Shown: positions 47,011-58,443, counted from the stretch's first letter. The stretch: 64,000 bases of DNA from Candidatus Omnitrophota bacterium (GCA_903944345.1 CAJARJ010000005.1:71890-135889), one strand, 5' to 3'. The notes: a model not told the origin generated them from the sequence alone. Program-made: numbers and translations.

Positions 47011-49680
47011 TCAGTTAATAGCAAGCTTCCTTAAAACGGCCTGCAAGATACCCCCCTGACGGTAATAATCAATCTCAACCATTGTATCCAGACGCACAAT
47101 AACAGTAAAAACGATTATTCTCCCGGAGGCATCTGTTGCCGTAACCTGCAACTGCTGCCGAGGCTTAAGTTGCTCACCAAGGCCTGTAATATCATATAAT
47201 TCCTGTCCCGAAAGCTTGAGAACCGCAGCACTCTCCCCGGAAATAAACTGCAAAGGCAAAATTCCCATCCCGGCCAGATTACTGCGATGAATGCGCTCAA
47301 AACTCTCGGCAATGACTGCATTTACCCCAAGCAAAGCCGGCCCTTTCGCAGCCCAGTCACGACTGGACCCGGTGCCATATTCTTTTCCGGCAAGGACAAT
47401 CAAGGGGGTAGCAGTTTTTTTGTAAAGCTCCGAGGCGGCAAAAATACTGGTTTGCTCACCACCTGGTAAATGCAGAGTTCTTGACCCTTCGGTGCCGGGT
47501 ACCAGTTTATTCTGAAACCGGATATTGGCAAAAGTCCCTCTGGTCATGACCCGGTCGTTTCCACGCCTGGCTCCGTAACTATTAAAATCAGAACGATCCA
47601 CACCCAGATCAACCAAATACTTGCCCGCCGGACTGCTGGCGGAAATATTGCCTGCCGGAGAAATATGATCAGTTGTAATCGAATCCCCGGCATAAACCAG
47701 CACCCGGGCCTGTTTAATGTCCTTGATCTGCCTGGCTCCGTCCTTCATAGCCCCGAAATAAGGCGGTTCCTGGATGTAGGTACTGGCGGGATCCCACTTG
47801 TACAGCTCCCCCTTGAGCGTCCGCACCCTGCTCCAGGACTCATTGTTCACGAGCGCCCGGCGATAACGCCCCTTGAAGGCCGCAGCCGTAACATATTTGC
47901 TGACTGCATCACGAATTTCCGCTCTGGTCGGCCAGATATCCCTAAGAAAAACAGGCCCACCGTCTTTGCCAATTCCTATCGGCTCACTGGTCAAATCCAC
48001 AGACACAGAGCCCGCCAGAGCATACGCCACAACCAGAATCGGCGAGGCCAGATAATTCGCCTTGACATGAGGATTAATGCGTCCTTCAAAATTGCGATTA
48101 CCTGAAGTTACGCTGGCAACAACCAGATGTTTTTCTTCAATGGTTCCTGCAATTTCCGGATCCAGCGGGCCACTGTTACCGATACAGGTCGCACAGCCAT
48201 AACCGACATTATGGAAGCCCAGTTGCTCAAGGCTCTTTATCAACCCGCTGCGCTTCAAATAATAATCCACAACTTGTGACCCTGGCGTCAGCGATGTTTT
48301 GACAAATGAGGGGACTTTCAGCCCTTTGGCTACCGCCTTCTGAGCCAAAAGACCGGCCCCGATCATGACCGAAGGGTTGGAAGTGTTTGTGCAGCTGGTG
48401 ATCGCTGCCAGGACAACACTGCCGTGAGTCAGGCCACCAGAAACTTCCGAAGTCTGCGGAGCTTTTAACGCTACAAGTGTCTCCTGGAAATTGCGTTTGA
48501 GCTCCTGAAGTTTCAGTCGATCCTGAGGCCTCCGGGGACCGGACAACGAAGGCTCCACCGAAGACAAATCCAGTGACAACACACTACTGAAGGAAGGTTC
48601 GGACTTGACATAAGGATCAAACAGACCTTGGGCCTTGAAATACGCTTCAAGTAACCTGCCCGCAGCTTCCCGGCCAGTCAATTTATAGAAATCGATCGTT
48701 TGGCTGTCTACCGGGAAAATTCCGACCGTCGCACCATATTCCGGGCACATATTTGAGATCGTAGCCCGATCCGGAATGGAAAGATCCTTGAGCCCGGGAC
48801 CAAAGAATTCAACAAACTTGTCCACTACCCCGTGCTTGCGCAGCATTTCCACAATCGTTAAAACAATATCAGTAGCCGTAACATTATCTTTTGCCTTTCC
48901 GGAAAGACGGACGCCAACAACCTCGGGAATAACCATACACAGCGGCTCTCCCAGCATAACAGCCTCCGCCTCAATGCCTCCAACCCCCCAGCCGACCACC
49001 CCGACTCCATTGATCATCGTGGTATGACTGTCGGTTCCCACCAGCGAATCAGGATACAGCACCTTCTCTTTACCGCGGCCAGCGGAAATTTTCTCTTCCT
49101 TCACCAGCACGCCGCTGGCCAGATACTCGAGGTTGACCTGGTGAATAATCCCTACAGCGGGAGGAACAACCCTGAAATTACTGAAGGTCTGCTGGCCCCA
49201 TTTCAGAAATTCATAACGCTCCTTGTTACGGCTGAATTCCAGTGCCAAATTTTTATCAAAGGCCCCGGCAGAACCACTGACATCTACCTGCAAGGAATGG
49301 TCAATAACCAGATCACAGGGAACCTGCGGATTGATTTTGCTGACATCCCCGCCCATACGCCTCATCTGTTCACGCATGGCCGCCAGATCAACCACACAGG
49401 GAACACCGGTGAAATCCTGCAAGATGACTCGCCCGGGCTTGAAAGGAATCTCCTTGAGTTCATTTTTGGGCTTCCAGCCGGCAATTGTACGGACATCGTC
49501 AAGTGTAACCTGATAACCGTCAAAATTCCGGATAACACTTTCCAGTAGAATCCTGATGGAGAACGGCAGTGCGGCCACATCAGAAAAACCAAACTGTTTC
49601 AAACAGGAAAGCTGGTAAATAGTGTACGTCTTGCCCGCTACGGTCAGCTGCTTTTTCAGCTGGTTCTTATCGAATGTCAT
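47011..49680 (-). CDS. acnA: Aconitate hydratase A
   Basis: About 890-aa AcnA/IRP-type aconitase. The start is moved to the ATG at 49680 ([24 protein letters not shown]) with a GGAGG ribosome-binding site. The track start 49842 would overlap the divergent radical-SAM gene. Confidence 0.9.
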   Translation of the reverse strand: MTFDKNQLKKQLTVAGKTYTIYQLSCLKQFGFSDVAALPFSIRILLESVIRNFDGYQVTLDDVRTIAGWKPKNELKEIPFKPGRVILQDFTGVPCVVDLAAMREQMRRMGGDVSKINPQVPCDLVIDHSLQVDVSGSAGAFDKNLALEFSRNKERYEFLKWGQQTFSNFRVVPPAVGIIHQVNLEYLASGVLVKEEKISAGRGKEKVLYPDSLVGTDSHTTMINGVGVVGWGVGGIEAEAVMLGEPLCMVIPEVVGVRLSGKAKDNVTATDIVLTIVEMLRKHGVVDKFVEFFGPGLKDLSIPDRATISNMCPEYGATVGIFPVDSQTIDFYKLTGREAAGRLLEAYFKAQGLFDPYVKSEPSFSSVLSLDLSSVEPSLSGPRRPQDRLKLQELKRNFQETLVALKAPQTSEVSGGLTHGSVVLAAITSCTNTSNPSVMIGAGLLAQKAVAKGLKVPSFVKTSLTPGSQVVDYYLKRSGLIKSLEQLGFHNVGYGCATCIGNSGPLDPEIAGTIEEKHLVVASVTSGNRNFEGRINPHVKANYLASPILVVAYALAGSVSVDLTSEPIGIGKDGGPVFLRDIWPTRAEIRDAVSKYVTAAAFKGRYRRALVNNESWSRVRTLKGELYKWDPASTYIQEPPYFGAMKDGARQIKDIKQARVLVYAGDSITTDHISPAGNISASSPAGKYLVDLGVDRSDFNSYGARRGNDRVMTRGTFANIRFQNKLVPGTEGSRTLHLPGGEQTSIFAASELYKKTATPLIVLAGKEYGTGSSRDWAAKGPALLGVNAVIAESFERIHRSNLAGMGILPLQFISGESAAVLKLSGQELYDITGLGEQLKPRQQLQVTATDASGRIIVFTVIVRLDTMVEIDYYRQGGILQAVLRKLAIN

Positions 49681-49804
49681 GGATGCCTCCGCTTGATTTG
49701 AAAACTCTGTATAGCTGCGGATTATATGAAAAGCTCCCCCGCGCGTCAATAAAGTAAAAGTTAATTCTTGAAAAGATGCCTTGGCCTCATTAGTATTAAG
49801 CGGC

Positions 49805-51277
49805 ATGAAAATAGCTATCCTTAATCCATCCTTTGGCGACAACTTTGTCCGCGTAGCCCGCTGGTCGGCAAAATCCCGCGGCCGCGTCCAACGTCACCCG
49901 GACTATCTGCTGATCGCGGCACAAATCCTCCTTAACGCCGGGCATGAAGTCATATTTGTGGAAGCCGCCGCGCGTAATCTTTCTCCGGAAGAAAGTTTCC
50001 GCCTGCTGCGTGCATTCAGACCCGAACTTCTGGTGATTCATGCTACCACACCATCGATCTATGCGGATATCGAACAAACCCGGATTATCAAAACCCAGAA
50101 TCCCTGCAAGGTCGCTTTTACCGGTCAACACGTCACAGCCGAACCACAGAACACACTCCTGCTAGGCCAGGGAGCCGTCGATTATATTCTCAGGGGAGAA
50201 TACGACTTAACTCTGCGCGACCTGGCCAACGGACGCCCCCCAGAGTCTATTGCCGGCATGACCTGGCGTGATGAAACGGGAAAGATTATCACCAATCCCG
50301 ACCGCGCTCCTTTGAATGTTAACGAACTCCCCTTTCCTGCCTGGCATCTGGTTAAACCCGAATGGTATCCGGATGCCGGGAAGAAATTTCCTTTTCTGAC
50401 GCTCTTTACCGGCCGCGGGTGCAACAATGCCTGTTCTTTCTGTCGTGACCCGCAACTCATGTACGGCTACCATCTGCGTAACCGCTCTGCTGCTTTGGTT
50501 GTTGATGAAATGGAATATGACATCAAACTTTTTCCGCAAATCCGCGAGATCATGTTTGAAACGGACACTTTTGCCGCAGACCCCGCACATGTCCGGCAAG
50601 TCTGTGAAGAAATTATGCGGCGCGGCCTCCACAAAAAGATTACCTGGTCCTGTAACATGCGCATCAACACAGACCTTTCCATCCTCCCGCTCATGCGCAA
50701 AGCCAACTGCCGCATGCTCATGGTTGGTTACGAATTTGGAACAGACGATGCCTTACGTGCTGTCCGCAAAGGCGGGGTCAATGTCGCCATGGGGCGCGAA
50801 TTCTCCCGGCGTGCCCACGAACTCGGGTTTACCCTGCACGGCTGCTTTATGATCGGAGCGCCCGGTGAGACAAGAGCCAGCGCGCGCGCCACAATTGAAT
50901 ACGCCAAAAGCATGCCGCTGGACACCATTCAGATCACCGGCATTGCCACTTACCCAGGCACGCACCTTTACAAATGGGCCAAAGATAACGGATTCCTGCT
51001 GGCCAAAGACTGGAAAGACTGGCTGACCGCTGCCGGAGAACAAAAAACCTTGCTCTCCTACCCCCAGCTTTCGAATACAGAAATTGACGAACTTATCGAC
51101 CAGGGGCTTAAAGAATTCTATTTGCGTCCGGCCCAGATATGGCGCATGCTTGTTTCCATCCGTTCGGTCGGAGATCTTCTGCGAAAAATCTATGGCCTGA
51201 CCGCCTTTATCCACTATTTCTTCCAGAAAGTTTTTCTCCCCGGAAAATCTGTCAAGACCCGCAAAGACTCCAAGTAG
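49805..51277 (+). CDS. B12-binding radical SAM protein (class B, HpnJ-like)
   Basis: N-terminal cobalamin-binding Rossmann-like domain followed by a CxxxCxxC radical-SAM motif (GRGCNNACSFCRD). The ATG at 49805 (MKIAILNPSF..) is preferred. Confidence 0.7.
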   Translation: MKIAILNPSFGDNFVRVARWSAKSRGRVQRHPDYLLIAAQILLNAGHEVIFVEAAARNLSPEESFRLLRAFRPELLVIHATTPSIYADIEQTRIIKTQNPCKVAFTGQHVTAEPQNTLLLGQGAVDYILRGEYDLTLRDLANGRPPESIAGMTWRDETGKIITNPDRAPLNVNELPFPAWHLVKPEWYPDAGKKFPFLTLFTGRGCNNACSFCRDPQLMYGYHLRNRSAALVVDEMEYDIKLFPQIREIMFETDTFAADPAHVRQVCEEIMRRGLHKKITWSCNMRINTDLSILPLMRKANCRMLMVGYEFGTDDALRAVRKGGVNVAMGREFSRRAHELGFTLHGCFMIGAPGETRASARATIEYAKSMPLDTIQITGIATYPGTHLYKWAKDNGFLLAKDWKDWLTAAGEQKTLLSYPQLSNTEIDELIDQGLKEFYLRPAQIWRMLVSIRSVGDLLRKIYGLTAFIHYFFQKVFLPGKSVKTRKDSK

Positions 51278-51330
51278 TTGCTCGCATGCGGAAAAAGGGC
51301 AATAGCCAAAAATTATAAATTATTTAAACT

Positions 51331-51359
51331 TTGACAATTCACAATCCAAGTATTATAAT
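51331..51359 (+). promoter_or_regulatory. Consensus sigma70 promoter (TTGACA-17 bp-TATAAT) upstream of the ferredoxin gene
   Basis: Perfect -35 and -10 hexamers with a 17-bp spacer, about 40 bp upstream of the ferredoxin start. Confidence 0.5.
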
Positions 51360-51399
51360 TTAAAAAATTTTATTTCATCCTGTCAAAAGAGGAGTCAGC

Positions 51400-51672
51400 A
51401 TGTCACATATCGTTTGCGAACCTTGCGTCAACTGTCGCAACACCTTCTGTTGTGTTGTTTGCCCTGTAGAAGCTTTTCGTGAAGACAAAAACATGCTCGT
51501 GATCGATCCTGATGTATGTATCGATTGCGGAGCCTGTGCATCCGAATGCCCTGTACAAGCCATCTATCCTGATGGCGACGTACCTGGGAAATGGTCCAAG
51601 TACATCGCATTAAACAAGGAAAAAGCGCCTACTCTTCCAATGATCAATTCAAAGAAAGACCCGCTGAAATAA
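51400..51672 (+). CDS. 2x[4Fe-4S] ferredoxin
   Basis: Two CxxCxxCxxxCP motifs (CVNCRNTFCCVVCP, CIDCGACASECP). AAAGAGGAG ribosome-binding site. Confidence 0.8.
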   Translation: MSHIVCEPCVNCRNTFCCVVCPVEAFREDKNMLVIDPDVCIDCGACASECPVQAIYPDGDVPGKWSKYIALNKEKAPTLPMINSKKDPLK

Positions 51673-51699
51673 GATGACAAGCGGAAATTAGAGAAGATC

Positions 51700-51733
51700 A
51701 GGGCGCTGGGAACACTCAGCGCCCTTTATATTT
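51700..51733 (+). terminator. Rho-independent terminator after the ferredoxin gene
   Basis: agggcgctg / cagcgccct stem, then ttatattt. Confidence 0.5.
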
Positions 51734-51749
51734 AATCAGAGGATGCCCT

Positions 51750-53480
51750 ATGAAAAAGAAAAAGAACACTCCCAACAAATCTCTGACCGGAGCCCAGGCA
51801 CTAATCAGATGCCTGGAAGCGCACGGCGTGGAATACATTTTCGGACTCCCCGGAGGTTCTGCGATCCCGATCTTTGACGCTTTATACGAATCCAATATCA
51901 AGACCATCCTCACCCGGCATGAACAGGGAGCCACTCACATGGCCGACGGCTACGCCCGCGCCACCGGCAAAGTGGGCGTGGCACTGGTCACCTCGGGGCC
52001 AGGTGCAACCAACACAGTCACCGGCATCATGACGGCTATGATGGACTCGATTCCAATGGTTGTTTTCACCGGTCAAACTATTTCCCCCATGCTGGGTAAA
52101 GATGCTTTCCAGGAATCTGACATTGTCGGAATAACTATGCCGGTGGTCAAACACAGCTATCTGGTCAAAGACACTCAATCCATTCCCCGAATCGTCAAGG
52201 AAGCTTTTCACATCGCCTCGACCGGACGTCCGGGGCCTGTTCTGGTGGATTTACCCAAAGATATTACCGCGGGAAATTTTACCGCCGGGCTCGAACAGGA
52301 AATGGATTTGCCAGGATATCAGGCGACCCCCAAAGTTAATAAACAGCAAATCCGCGTTCTGGCCCGCATGTTCCAGGAAGCAAAGAAACCTCTTTTGCTG
52401 GTTGGACATGGCGCCGTGATCGCCGGAGCCGAAAAAGCTCTCCTTCAACTGGCTGAAAAGATGCAATGTCCGGTAGTAATGACCCTGCTGGGTAAAGGCG
52501 GCTTTCCCGAAACTCATCCATTATCTCTGGGTATGCTCGGGATGCACGGCACTGCCTACGCCAACAAGGCCTTGACGGAGTGCGATCTTATTTGCTCCAT
52601 CGGATCACGCTGGGACGACCGTATCAATGGCAACAACAGCGAATTCTGCATTGGCGCCAAAAAAATTCATATTGATATCGACCCGGCCGAAATCAACAAG
52701 ATCGTCAAACCCGATCTGGCTCTTATCGGAGATGCCCGTCTGATCGTGGAAGAATTGCTCAAGTCTGTCCGGACACTGGACACCGGGCTCTGGCTGAGAG
52801 AGCTCGACTTTTTTAAAAAAGAATTTCCTCTGCACTACTCGGATGCCCAGGGTTTGACCGCACAACGCGTCATAGACGATCTCTACCATGTAACCAAAGG
52901 ACAGGCCATCGTTACCACCGATGTGGGACAACACCAGATGTGGGCCGCTCAGTTCTATCTTTGCGAACACGGAAAAAACTGGCTCTCCTCCGGCGGGGCC
53001 GGAACCATGGGGTACGGTTATCCGGCGGCTATCGGCGCCCAGTTTGGTCGTCCTGAGGAACTGGTCGTGGCCATCGTTGGCGACGGCGGCTTTCAGATGA
53101 CATTATGCGAACTGGCAACCGCCGCAGTCAATAAACTGCCGGTCAAAGTTCTGGTCATTGACAACAAATATCTCGGCATGGTCCGCCAGTGGCAGGAACT
53201 CTTTTTCGATAACCGTCTTTCCGGAGTCGATCTCAAAGGCAATCCGGATTTCGTCCTCCTGGCCGAAGCTTACGGAATTCGCGGTTTTCATATCGATAAC
53301 GTGACAGACTGCCGAAAAGTCCTGGCCCAGGCTATGGCACATAAAGGCCCAGCTCTGATCCATGCTGAAGTTATAAAGGAGGGCAACGTTTTCCCGATGG
53401 TGCCCGCCGGGAAATCCGCGCATCATATGATCATCGAACCGCCTAAAACCAAAATGGAAAAACCGACCGGATCGACATAA
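51750..53480 (+). CDS. ilvB: Acetolactate synthase large subunit (ThDP-dependent)
   Basis: 576 aa with the ThDP-binding motif (GDGGFQM..N) and an FAD-binding middle domain. Confidence 0.9.
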   Translation: MKKKKNTPNKSLTGAQALIRCLEAHGVEYIFGLPGGSAIPIFDALYESNIKTILTRHEQGATHMADGYARATGKVGVALVTSGPGATNTVTGIMTAMMDSIPMVVFTGQTISPMLGKDAFQESDIVGITMPVVKHSYLVKDTQSIPRIVKEAFHIASTGRPGPVLVDLPKDITAGNFTAGLEQEMDLPGYQATPKVNKQQIRVLARMFQEAKKPLLLVGHGAVIAGAEKALLQLAEKMQCPVVMTLLGKGGFPETHPLSLGMLGMHGTAYANKALTECDLICSIGSRWDDRINGNNSEFCIGAKKIHIDIDPAEINKIVKPDLALIGDARLIVEELLKSVRTLDTGLWLRELDFFKKEFPLHYSDAQGLTAQRVIDDLYHVTKGQAIVTTDVGQHQMWAAQFYLCEHGKNWLSSGGAGTMGYGYPAAIGAQFGRPEELVVAIVGDGGFQMTLCELATAAVNKLPVKVLVIDNKYLGMVRQWQELFFDNRLSGVDLKGNPDFVLLAEAYGIRGFHIDNVTDCRKVLAQAMAHKGPALIHAEVIKEGNVFPMVPAGKSAHHMIIEPPKTKMEKPTGST

Positions 53481-53524
53481 ACAGCCGGATTTGCTGAACA
53501 CAGAGACTACAAAAAGGACAAAAA

Positions 53525-54025
53525 ATGAAAACTCACGATACACATACTATAAGCCTTCTGGTGGCCAACAAACCCGGCGTGCTGGTGCGCGTGGCTCTGG
53601 TCTTTGCTCGCCGGGGTTATAATATCGATTCTTTGGCTGTTTCTGCCGTGCACAATCCTAAATTCTCCCGTATGACCATAACGGCCAAGGGAGACCCGGC
53701 TACACTGGAACAAATCATCAAACAAGTCAAAAAACTGATTGATGTTATCCATGCCAGTGAACATGACCCGGCTTTGGCTGTCGATCAGGAAATGTCGCTT
53801 CTGAAAGTCAAGCCGTCTTCTGCGGCCAACAAAGCCGTTATTGTCAAACACGCCCGGGCGGCACATGCAAAGCTGCTGGACGAGACTGACGGAGTACTGA
53901 TTTTTGCCCACGCGGGAACATCCCCGGCTCTGGACGAGCTGGAAAAAGTCATGAACACCTATGGATTGCTGGAGATGGCAAGAACGGGGAAACTATTGAT
54001 GATGAAAGGTAAAGAAACAACCTGA
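53525..54025 (+). CDS. ilvN: Acetolactate synthase small (regulatory) subunit
   Basis: ACT-domain N-terminus HTISLLVANKPGVLVRVALVFARRGYNIDSLAV. Confidence 0.85.
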   Translation: MKTHDTHTISLLVANKPGVLVRVALVFARRGYNIDSLAVSAVHNPKFSRMTITAKGDPATLEQIIKQVKKLIDVIHASEHDPALAVDQEMSLLKVKPSSAANKAVIVKHARAAHAKLLDETDGVLIFAHAGTSPALDELEKVMNTYGLLEMARTGKLLMMKGKETT

Positions 54026-54042
54026 TTCACCCGGAAAAATAT

Positions 54043-54139
54043 AGACCGTCTGTTTTCCAGACCCGAATTTCTTGTGACAGAAATTGTGCACAAAAAACAC
54101 AATCCGGGTTTAAGAAAAACAGACGGTCTTTTTTATTTT
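54043..54139. terminator. Long bidirectional terminator-like hairpin (14-bp perfect inverted repeat, 59-nt partly self-complementary loop)
   Basis: agaccgtctgtttt (54043-54056) pairs with aaaacagacggtct (54116-54129). It is followed by tttttatttt on the plus strand and preceded by aaaaatat (a T-run on the minus strand). It lies between convergent ilvN and the CoADR-fusion gene. Confidence 0.45.
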
Positions 54140-54157
54140 GCTTTCTAAAAAACCGGA

Positions 54158-56614
54158 TTAAATAAACAAATTGACATTGCCCTGCTGGGCTTCCTGGAGA
54201 TAATTTGCGACTCCTCCGGTCTGTACACCCTCAATCAATTCTTCCGGCTTGATCCCCATAAGATCCATGGACATCGCACACGCAACAAACTTGACTCCGG
54301 AGTGACGCGCAAGTTCAATCATCTCAGGCAAGGAAGAGACATTCTTGTGTTTCATAACCTGTTTGATCATCCATGTCCCCGCGCCAGCCATATGCATCTT
54401 GGACAAAACAAGCTGGTCTGCGCCTCTGGGCATCATCCACCCTAACATCATTTCAACCGGATTCTTCTTGACGGCCACGGACTGAGGCTTGCGCAAGGCA
54501 TTAAGCCCCCAGAAAGTAAAAAACATGGTCACCTGACTGCCCATGGCCGCAGCACCGGAAGCGATCACAAAAGCAGCCAGCACCTTGTCCAGCTCACTAC
54601 TGAAAACCACAATGGTTTTGGCCTGCATTGCCGGGGCAGAAGGCTCTTTAGGATTTTCTGTGCGCGATTCCCCTTTACAGATCACGGCAACAACCTTACC
54701 CTGCTCTCGCCTGACTTCAAGCAAATCATGCCCCATGGACTGGCACCAGGAAACAACATCGGTCGCAAAACCAGGATCAGAAGCCTGAATTTGCAGAGTT
54801 TCCCGGGCAGCAATTCGGTCAATCTCCTGTTTGAGGCGAACAATCGGACCAGGGCACTGCAAACCACAAGCATCAACCAGGTGCAGTGACGCCCTTGGAG
54901 CGGGACGACTAGCCTGTTGTTGTAAAGAAACAGCCGATGGAACAGGAAGGACTGAAACAGCCTGATAAATAAGATAACCACCGGATAGATTGCGGCAACG
55001 CAAAGCGTTCTGCATTAAAATACGGCAGGCTATATAACCACGAAATCCCGCTTTACAGTAAACCAGAATTTCCTTGTCTTTTGGCAACTCGGATAAACGA
55101 TTACGAAGAGAATCCAGAGGAATATTCAGCGCACCTGGTATGGCTCCGGCGATAAACTCGTCTTGCTGCCTGACATCAAGAATGATCTGATCCGGAGATG
55201 GTTTCTGAATGTCGGACACATGACAAATCAAACAGAGCTTGTCCATCAAATTTGAAGCGACAAAACCCAACTGATTTACCGGATCTTTAGCCGAATTATA
55301 AGGCGGCGCATAAGAGAGTTCAAGATCCTGCAGATCCCTCACCGTCAAGCCAGCCCGGATCGCCACAGCCAATACATCAATACGTTTGTCGATGCCGGAT
55401 GTGCCAACCGCCTGGGCTCCAAACATCTTTCCGGATACCGGATCAAAAAGAAGCTTAATGCTGATTGTGACCGCTCCCGGATAATAGCCCGCATGATCCG
55501 AGGGATGAATATAAATCTTTTCGTACGAAGTTCCCGCACCCTTGAGCTGTTTTTCGTTCCATCCGGTCATCCCTATTGTCAATCCAAAAACCTTGCAAAT
55601 GGCTGTGCCCTGAGTTCCTTTATAAGGTCTACGTGGGCTGAAGATTGCATCTGCCGCAATTCGTCCCTGCCGGTTAGCCGGACCTGCCAAAGGGATTGTG
55701 ACATTTTTCCCGGACAGGAAATCTGGAATCTCGACAGCATCCCCCGCGGCCAGAATGGACGGATCTGAGGTGCGCATAAATTCATCTACAAGAATGCCGC
55801 CGCGAGCACCAATACCCAGCCCGCAGTCTTTGGCCAGATGAACTTCCGGCCTGACCCCTATTGCCAATATGACCAGATCGCAAAGAATTGAATCCCCATT
55901 GGCCAAATCAACAGCCAGTCCTTGCTGTTTCTGATCACGAAAGCCACGTACAGCCGTATTCAAACACAGTGTGACACCGTTAGCCATAATCTCACGATGC
56001 AAAAAAGCGGCCATTTCAGGGTCAGAAGGCTCCATCACCTGTGAACGCATTTCGACCATGGTGACAGCAATTTTGCGTTCACGAAGCGCCTCACACATTT
56101 CAAGGCCAATATATCCGCCACCGACAATAACGGCCCGTTTAATCGTGCCACCGTCAACCAGATCCTTTACCGCATCCATATCAGGAATGTTACGAAGAGT
56201 AAAAATTCGACCGGAATCGACCCCGGGCAAAGGCGGACGCAATGGCTCCGCGCCTGGACTCAATACCAGAAAATCATAGGACTCCTCATATTGTGAACCG
56301 TCAGAAAGCTTTCTGGCAAGCACCGTCTTTTTCTGGCGATTGATCTGAACAATCTCGGTGCCAATGCGAACATCAATATTAAAACGCTCACGCATCGCTT
56401 CGGGCGTCTGAACAAGCAGGCTGCTTCTTTGAGGAATAACACCTGAAACATGGTAAGGCAATCCGCAATTGGCAAATGAGATATACGCCCCGCGCTCAAA
56501 AAGGACAATGCTGGCCTTTTCATCCAAGCGCCTGGCTCTGACCGCCGCCGAAGCCCCTGCAGCAACCCCACCCACAACAAGTATTTTCACAGAAACATCC
56601 TCATGATTTGCCAA
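54158..56614 (-). CDS. Multidomain FAD-dependent pyridine-nucleotide-disulfide oxidoreductase (CoA-disulfide/persulfide reductase-like) fused to rhodanese, TusA and DsrE/DsrF-like domains
   Basis: N-terminal FAD/NAD(P) Rossmann (ILVVGGVAAGASAA) with an active-site Cys (SFANCGLPY), a rhodanese domain (YCKAGFRG), a TusA-like CPxP motif (DACGLQCPGP) and a C-terminal DsrE-like domain. No ATG start was found. The options are the TTG at 56614 or the GTG at 56590. Confidence 0.8.
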   Translation of the reverse strand: MANHEDVSVKILVVGGVAAGASAAVRARRLDEKASIVLFERGAYISFANCGLPYHVSGVIPQRSSLLVQTPEAMRERFNIDVRIGTEIVQINRQKKTVLARKLSDGSQYEESYDFLVLSPGAEPLRPPLPGVDSGRIFTLRNIPDMDAVKDLVDGGTIKRAVIVGGGYIGLEMCEALRERKIAVTMVEMRSQVMEPSDPEMAAFLHREIMANGVTLCLNTAVRGFRDQKQQGLAVDLANGDSILCDLVILAIGVRPEVHLAKDCGLGIGARGGILVDEFMRTSDPSILAAGDAVEIPDFLSGKNVTIPLAGPANRQGRIAADAIFSPRRPYKGTQGTAICKVFGLTIGMTGWNEKQLKGAGTSYEKIYIHPSDHAGYYPGAVTISIKLLFDPVSGKMFGAQAVGTSGIDKRIDVLAVAIRAGLTVRDLQDLELSYAPPYNSAKDPVNQLGFVASNLMDKLCLICHVSDIQKPSPDQIILDVRQQDEFIAGAIPGALNIPLDSLRNRLSELPKDKEILVYCKAGFRGYIACRILMQNALRCRNLSGGYLIYQAVSVLPVPSAVSLQQQASRPAPRASLHLVDACGLQCPGPIVRLKQEIDRIAARETLQIQASDPGFATDVVSWCQSMGHDLLEVRREQGKVVAVICKGESRTENPKEPSAPAMQAKTIVVFSSELDKVLAAFVIASGAAAMGSQVTMFFTFWGLNALRKPQSVAVKKNPVEMMLGWMMPRGADQLVLSKMHMAGAGTWMIKQVMKHKNVSSLPEMIELARHSGVKFVACAMSMDLMGIKPEELIEGVQTGGVANYLQEAQQGNVNLFI

Positions 56615-56664
56615 CGATATACCCGTACTTCATTTCTCTGAAAACTGATTGGTATAAACAGGAA

Positions 56665-57021
56665 CTAAAGATGCCGTCTTGCTGGCCGGGATCTTTTTCT
56701 ATCATCAATATATTTGACTGCAATCTGATAGTCTCCTCCTGGAAGTTGGGCAACTCGCAAAACTTCCGCCAGCCCGCTATAGATCTCTATCATCTCTGTA
56801 AGCACAATCTCCAACTCAATCCGATCTCCGACTTTATATTCCACGGGACTGGAAAACAACAGTCCCGAAACACTCATATTACAGGTTTCCGAACGAGACC
56901 ATGCCCCGTCGACGGTCTTACGTCCCTGTCTAACCAGCCGATGCCTGACAGCCAGGGATCGTTCGGCACGCAAACCGTCACGCTGTTCAACATAGTTTTT
57001 TGTCTTTTTGTTGTCTTGCAT
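56665..57021 (-). CDS. PilZ domain protein
   Basis: RxxxR (RDGLRAER) and D/NxSxxG (NMSVSG) motifs in a 118-aa protein. Confidence 0.6.
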   Translation of the reverse strand: MQDNKKTKNYVEQRDGLRAERSLAVRHRLVRQGRKTVDGAWSRSETCNMSVSGLLFSSPVEYKVGDRIELEIVLTEMIEIYSGLAEVLRVAQLPGGDYQIAVKYIDDRKRSRPARRHL

Positions 57022-57040
57022 AAACTGCCCCCGTTATAAT

Positions 57041-58417
57041 TTAGATCATCTTGCCTGGCTGAACGATCCGGTCGAAGTCCTGCTCGCTGACATATCCTAA
57101 AGAAAGTGCCGCCTCTCTCAGGGTTATCTGGGAAGCATAAGCCTTCTTGGCAATCTCTGCCGCCTTATCATAACCGATTACAGGTGTTAATGCTGTAATA
57201 AGCATCAGGGAGCGTTCCAGGTTATCCTTGATCCTGACATTGTTAGGAGCAATTCCGGAAACACACTTTGCCGTGAAACTTACAACAGCATCTGAAAGTA
57301 AGCGCAGGGAGCAAAGCAGATTATGAATAATGACCGGTTTGAAAGCATTCAACTCCAGGTGTCCGCAAGACCCGGCAACGGTCACGGCAACATGATTGCC
57401 CATCACCTGCGCACAGACCATGGTCAGCGCCTCACATTGTGTCGGATTGACTTTTCCTGGCATAATTGAACTTCCCGGCTCGTTCTCGGGAATAAAAATT
57501 TCACCAATACCGCAACGTGGGCCGGAAGCCAGTAAACGGATATCGTTAGCAATCTTCATTAATGAAACAGCTGCGGTATTCAGCGATCCTGAAAGCTCGA
57601 CAAGAGCATCATGAGCCGCCAAAGCTTCGAAAGAATTGCGAGCCGGACGGAAATCAATTCTGGTCATTTCATTAATAATACGTATAGCCGTCCAGGAAAA
57701 ATCCCGATGAGTGTTCAGTCCTGTGCCAACGGCCGTACCACCCAGGGCCAATTCGGTCAAACGCGGCCAGGCCGCCATAATGCGCTCACTGGTGTTAAAA
57801 ACCTGCTGGGCATAACCTGAAAATTCCTGACCCAAAGATATTGGCGTGGCATCCATCAGATGAGTGCGTCCAATCTTGATTATTCCATGAAAATTCCTGG
57901 CTTTCATCTCAAGAGTTTCATGCAGGGTTTTCAAAGCCGGCAGCAAGGAATAGCGAGCCATCTCGGCCGCGGCGATGTGCATGGCCGTGGGAAAAACATC
58001 GTTAGAAGACTGCCCCTTGTTGACATCATCATTCGGGTGAATGAGTTTGGCATCCGGCTCGCCTCCCATGATCAGCGTGGCCCGGTGAGCAATAACTTCG
58101 TTGGCATTCATGTTGGTCTGAGTACCGCTGCCAGTCTGCCATACAGATAAAGGAAAATGCGCATCCAGATGCCCGGAAATCATTTCTTCACACGCCGAAA
58201 CAATATTCTCGGCCTTTTTACGATCAAGAACTCCCAGCCTCACGTTGGCCATGGCCGACGCTTTCTTGACAATAGCCAGCGCACGGAGAAACTCTCTTGG
58301 GAAACGTTCGGTACCGATCCGAAAATTGTTCAAAGAACGGAAGGTTTGAGCCCCGTAATACATATCCGCAGGAACCTTGACCTCTCCCATTGTATCAGTC
58401 TCAACCCTGTATTTCAT
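57041..58417 (-). CDS. fumC: Fumarate hydratase class II (an aspartate ammonia-lyase family alternative is not excluded)
   Basis: [11 protein letters not shown] signature and a fumarase/aspartase N-terminus. AGGAGA ribosome-binding site. Confidence 0.8.
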   Translation of the reverse strand: MKYRVETDTMGEVKVPADMYYGAQTFRSLNNFRIGTERFPREFLRALAIVKKASAMANVRLGVLDRKKAENIVSACEEMISGHLDAHFPLSVWQTGSGTQTNMNANEVIAHRATLIMGGEPDAKLIHPNDDVNKGQSSNDVFPTAMHIAAAEMARYSLLPALKTLHETLEMKARNFHGIIKIGRTHLMDATPISLGQEFSGYAQQVFNTSERIMAAWPRLTELALGGTAVGTGLNTHRDFSWTAIRIINEMTRIDFRPARNSFEALAAHDALVELSGSLNTAAVSLMKIANDIRLLASGPRCGIGEIFIPENEPGSSIMPGKVNPTQCEALTMVCAQVMGNHVAVTVAGSCGHLELNAFKPVIIHNLLCSLRLLSDAVVSFTAKCVSGIAPNNVRIKDNLERSLMLITALTPVIGYDKAAEIAKKAYASQITLREAALSLGYVSEQDFDRIVQPGKMI

Positions 58418-58443
58418 ATGTCTCCTGTGCGGCTGTCTGGGAA

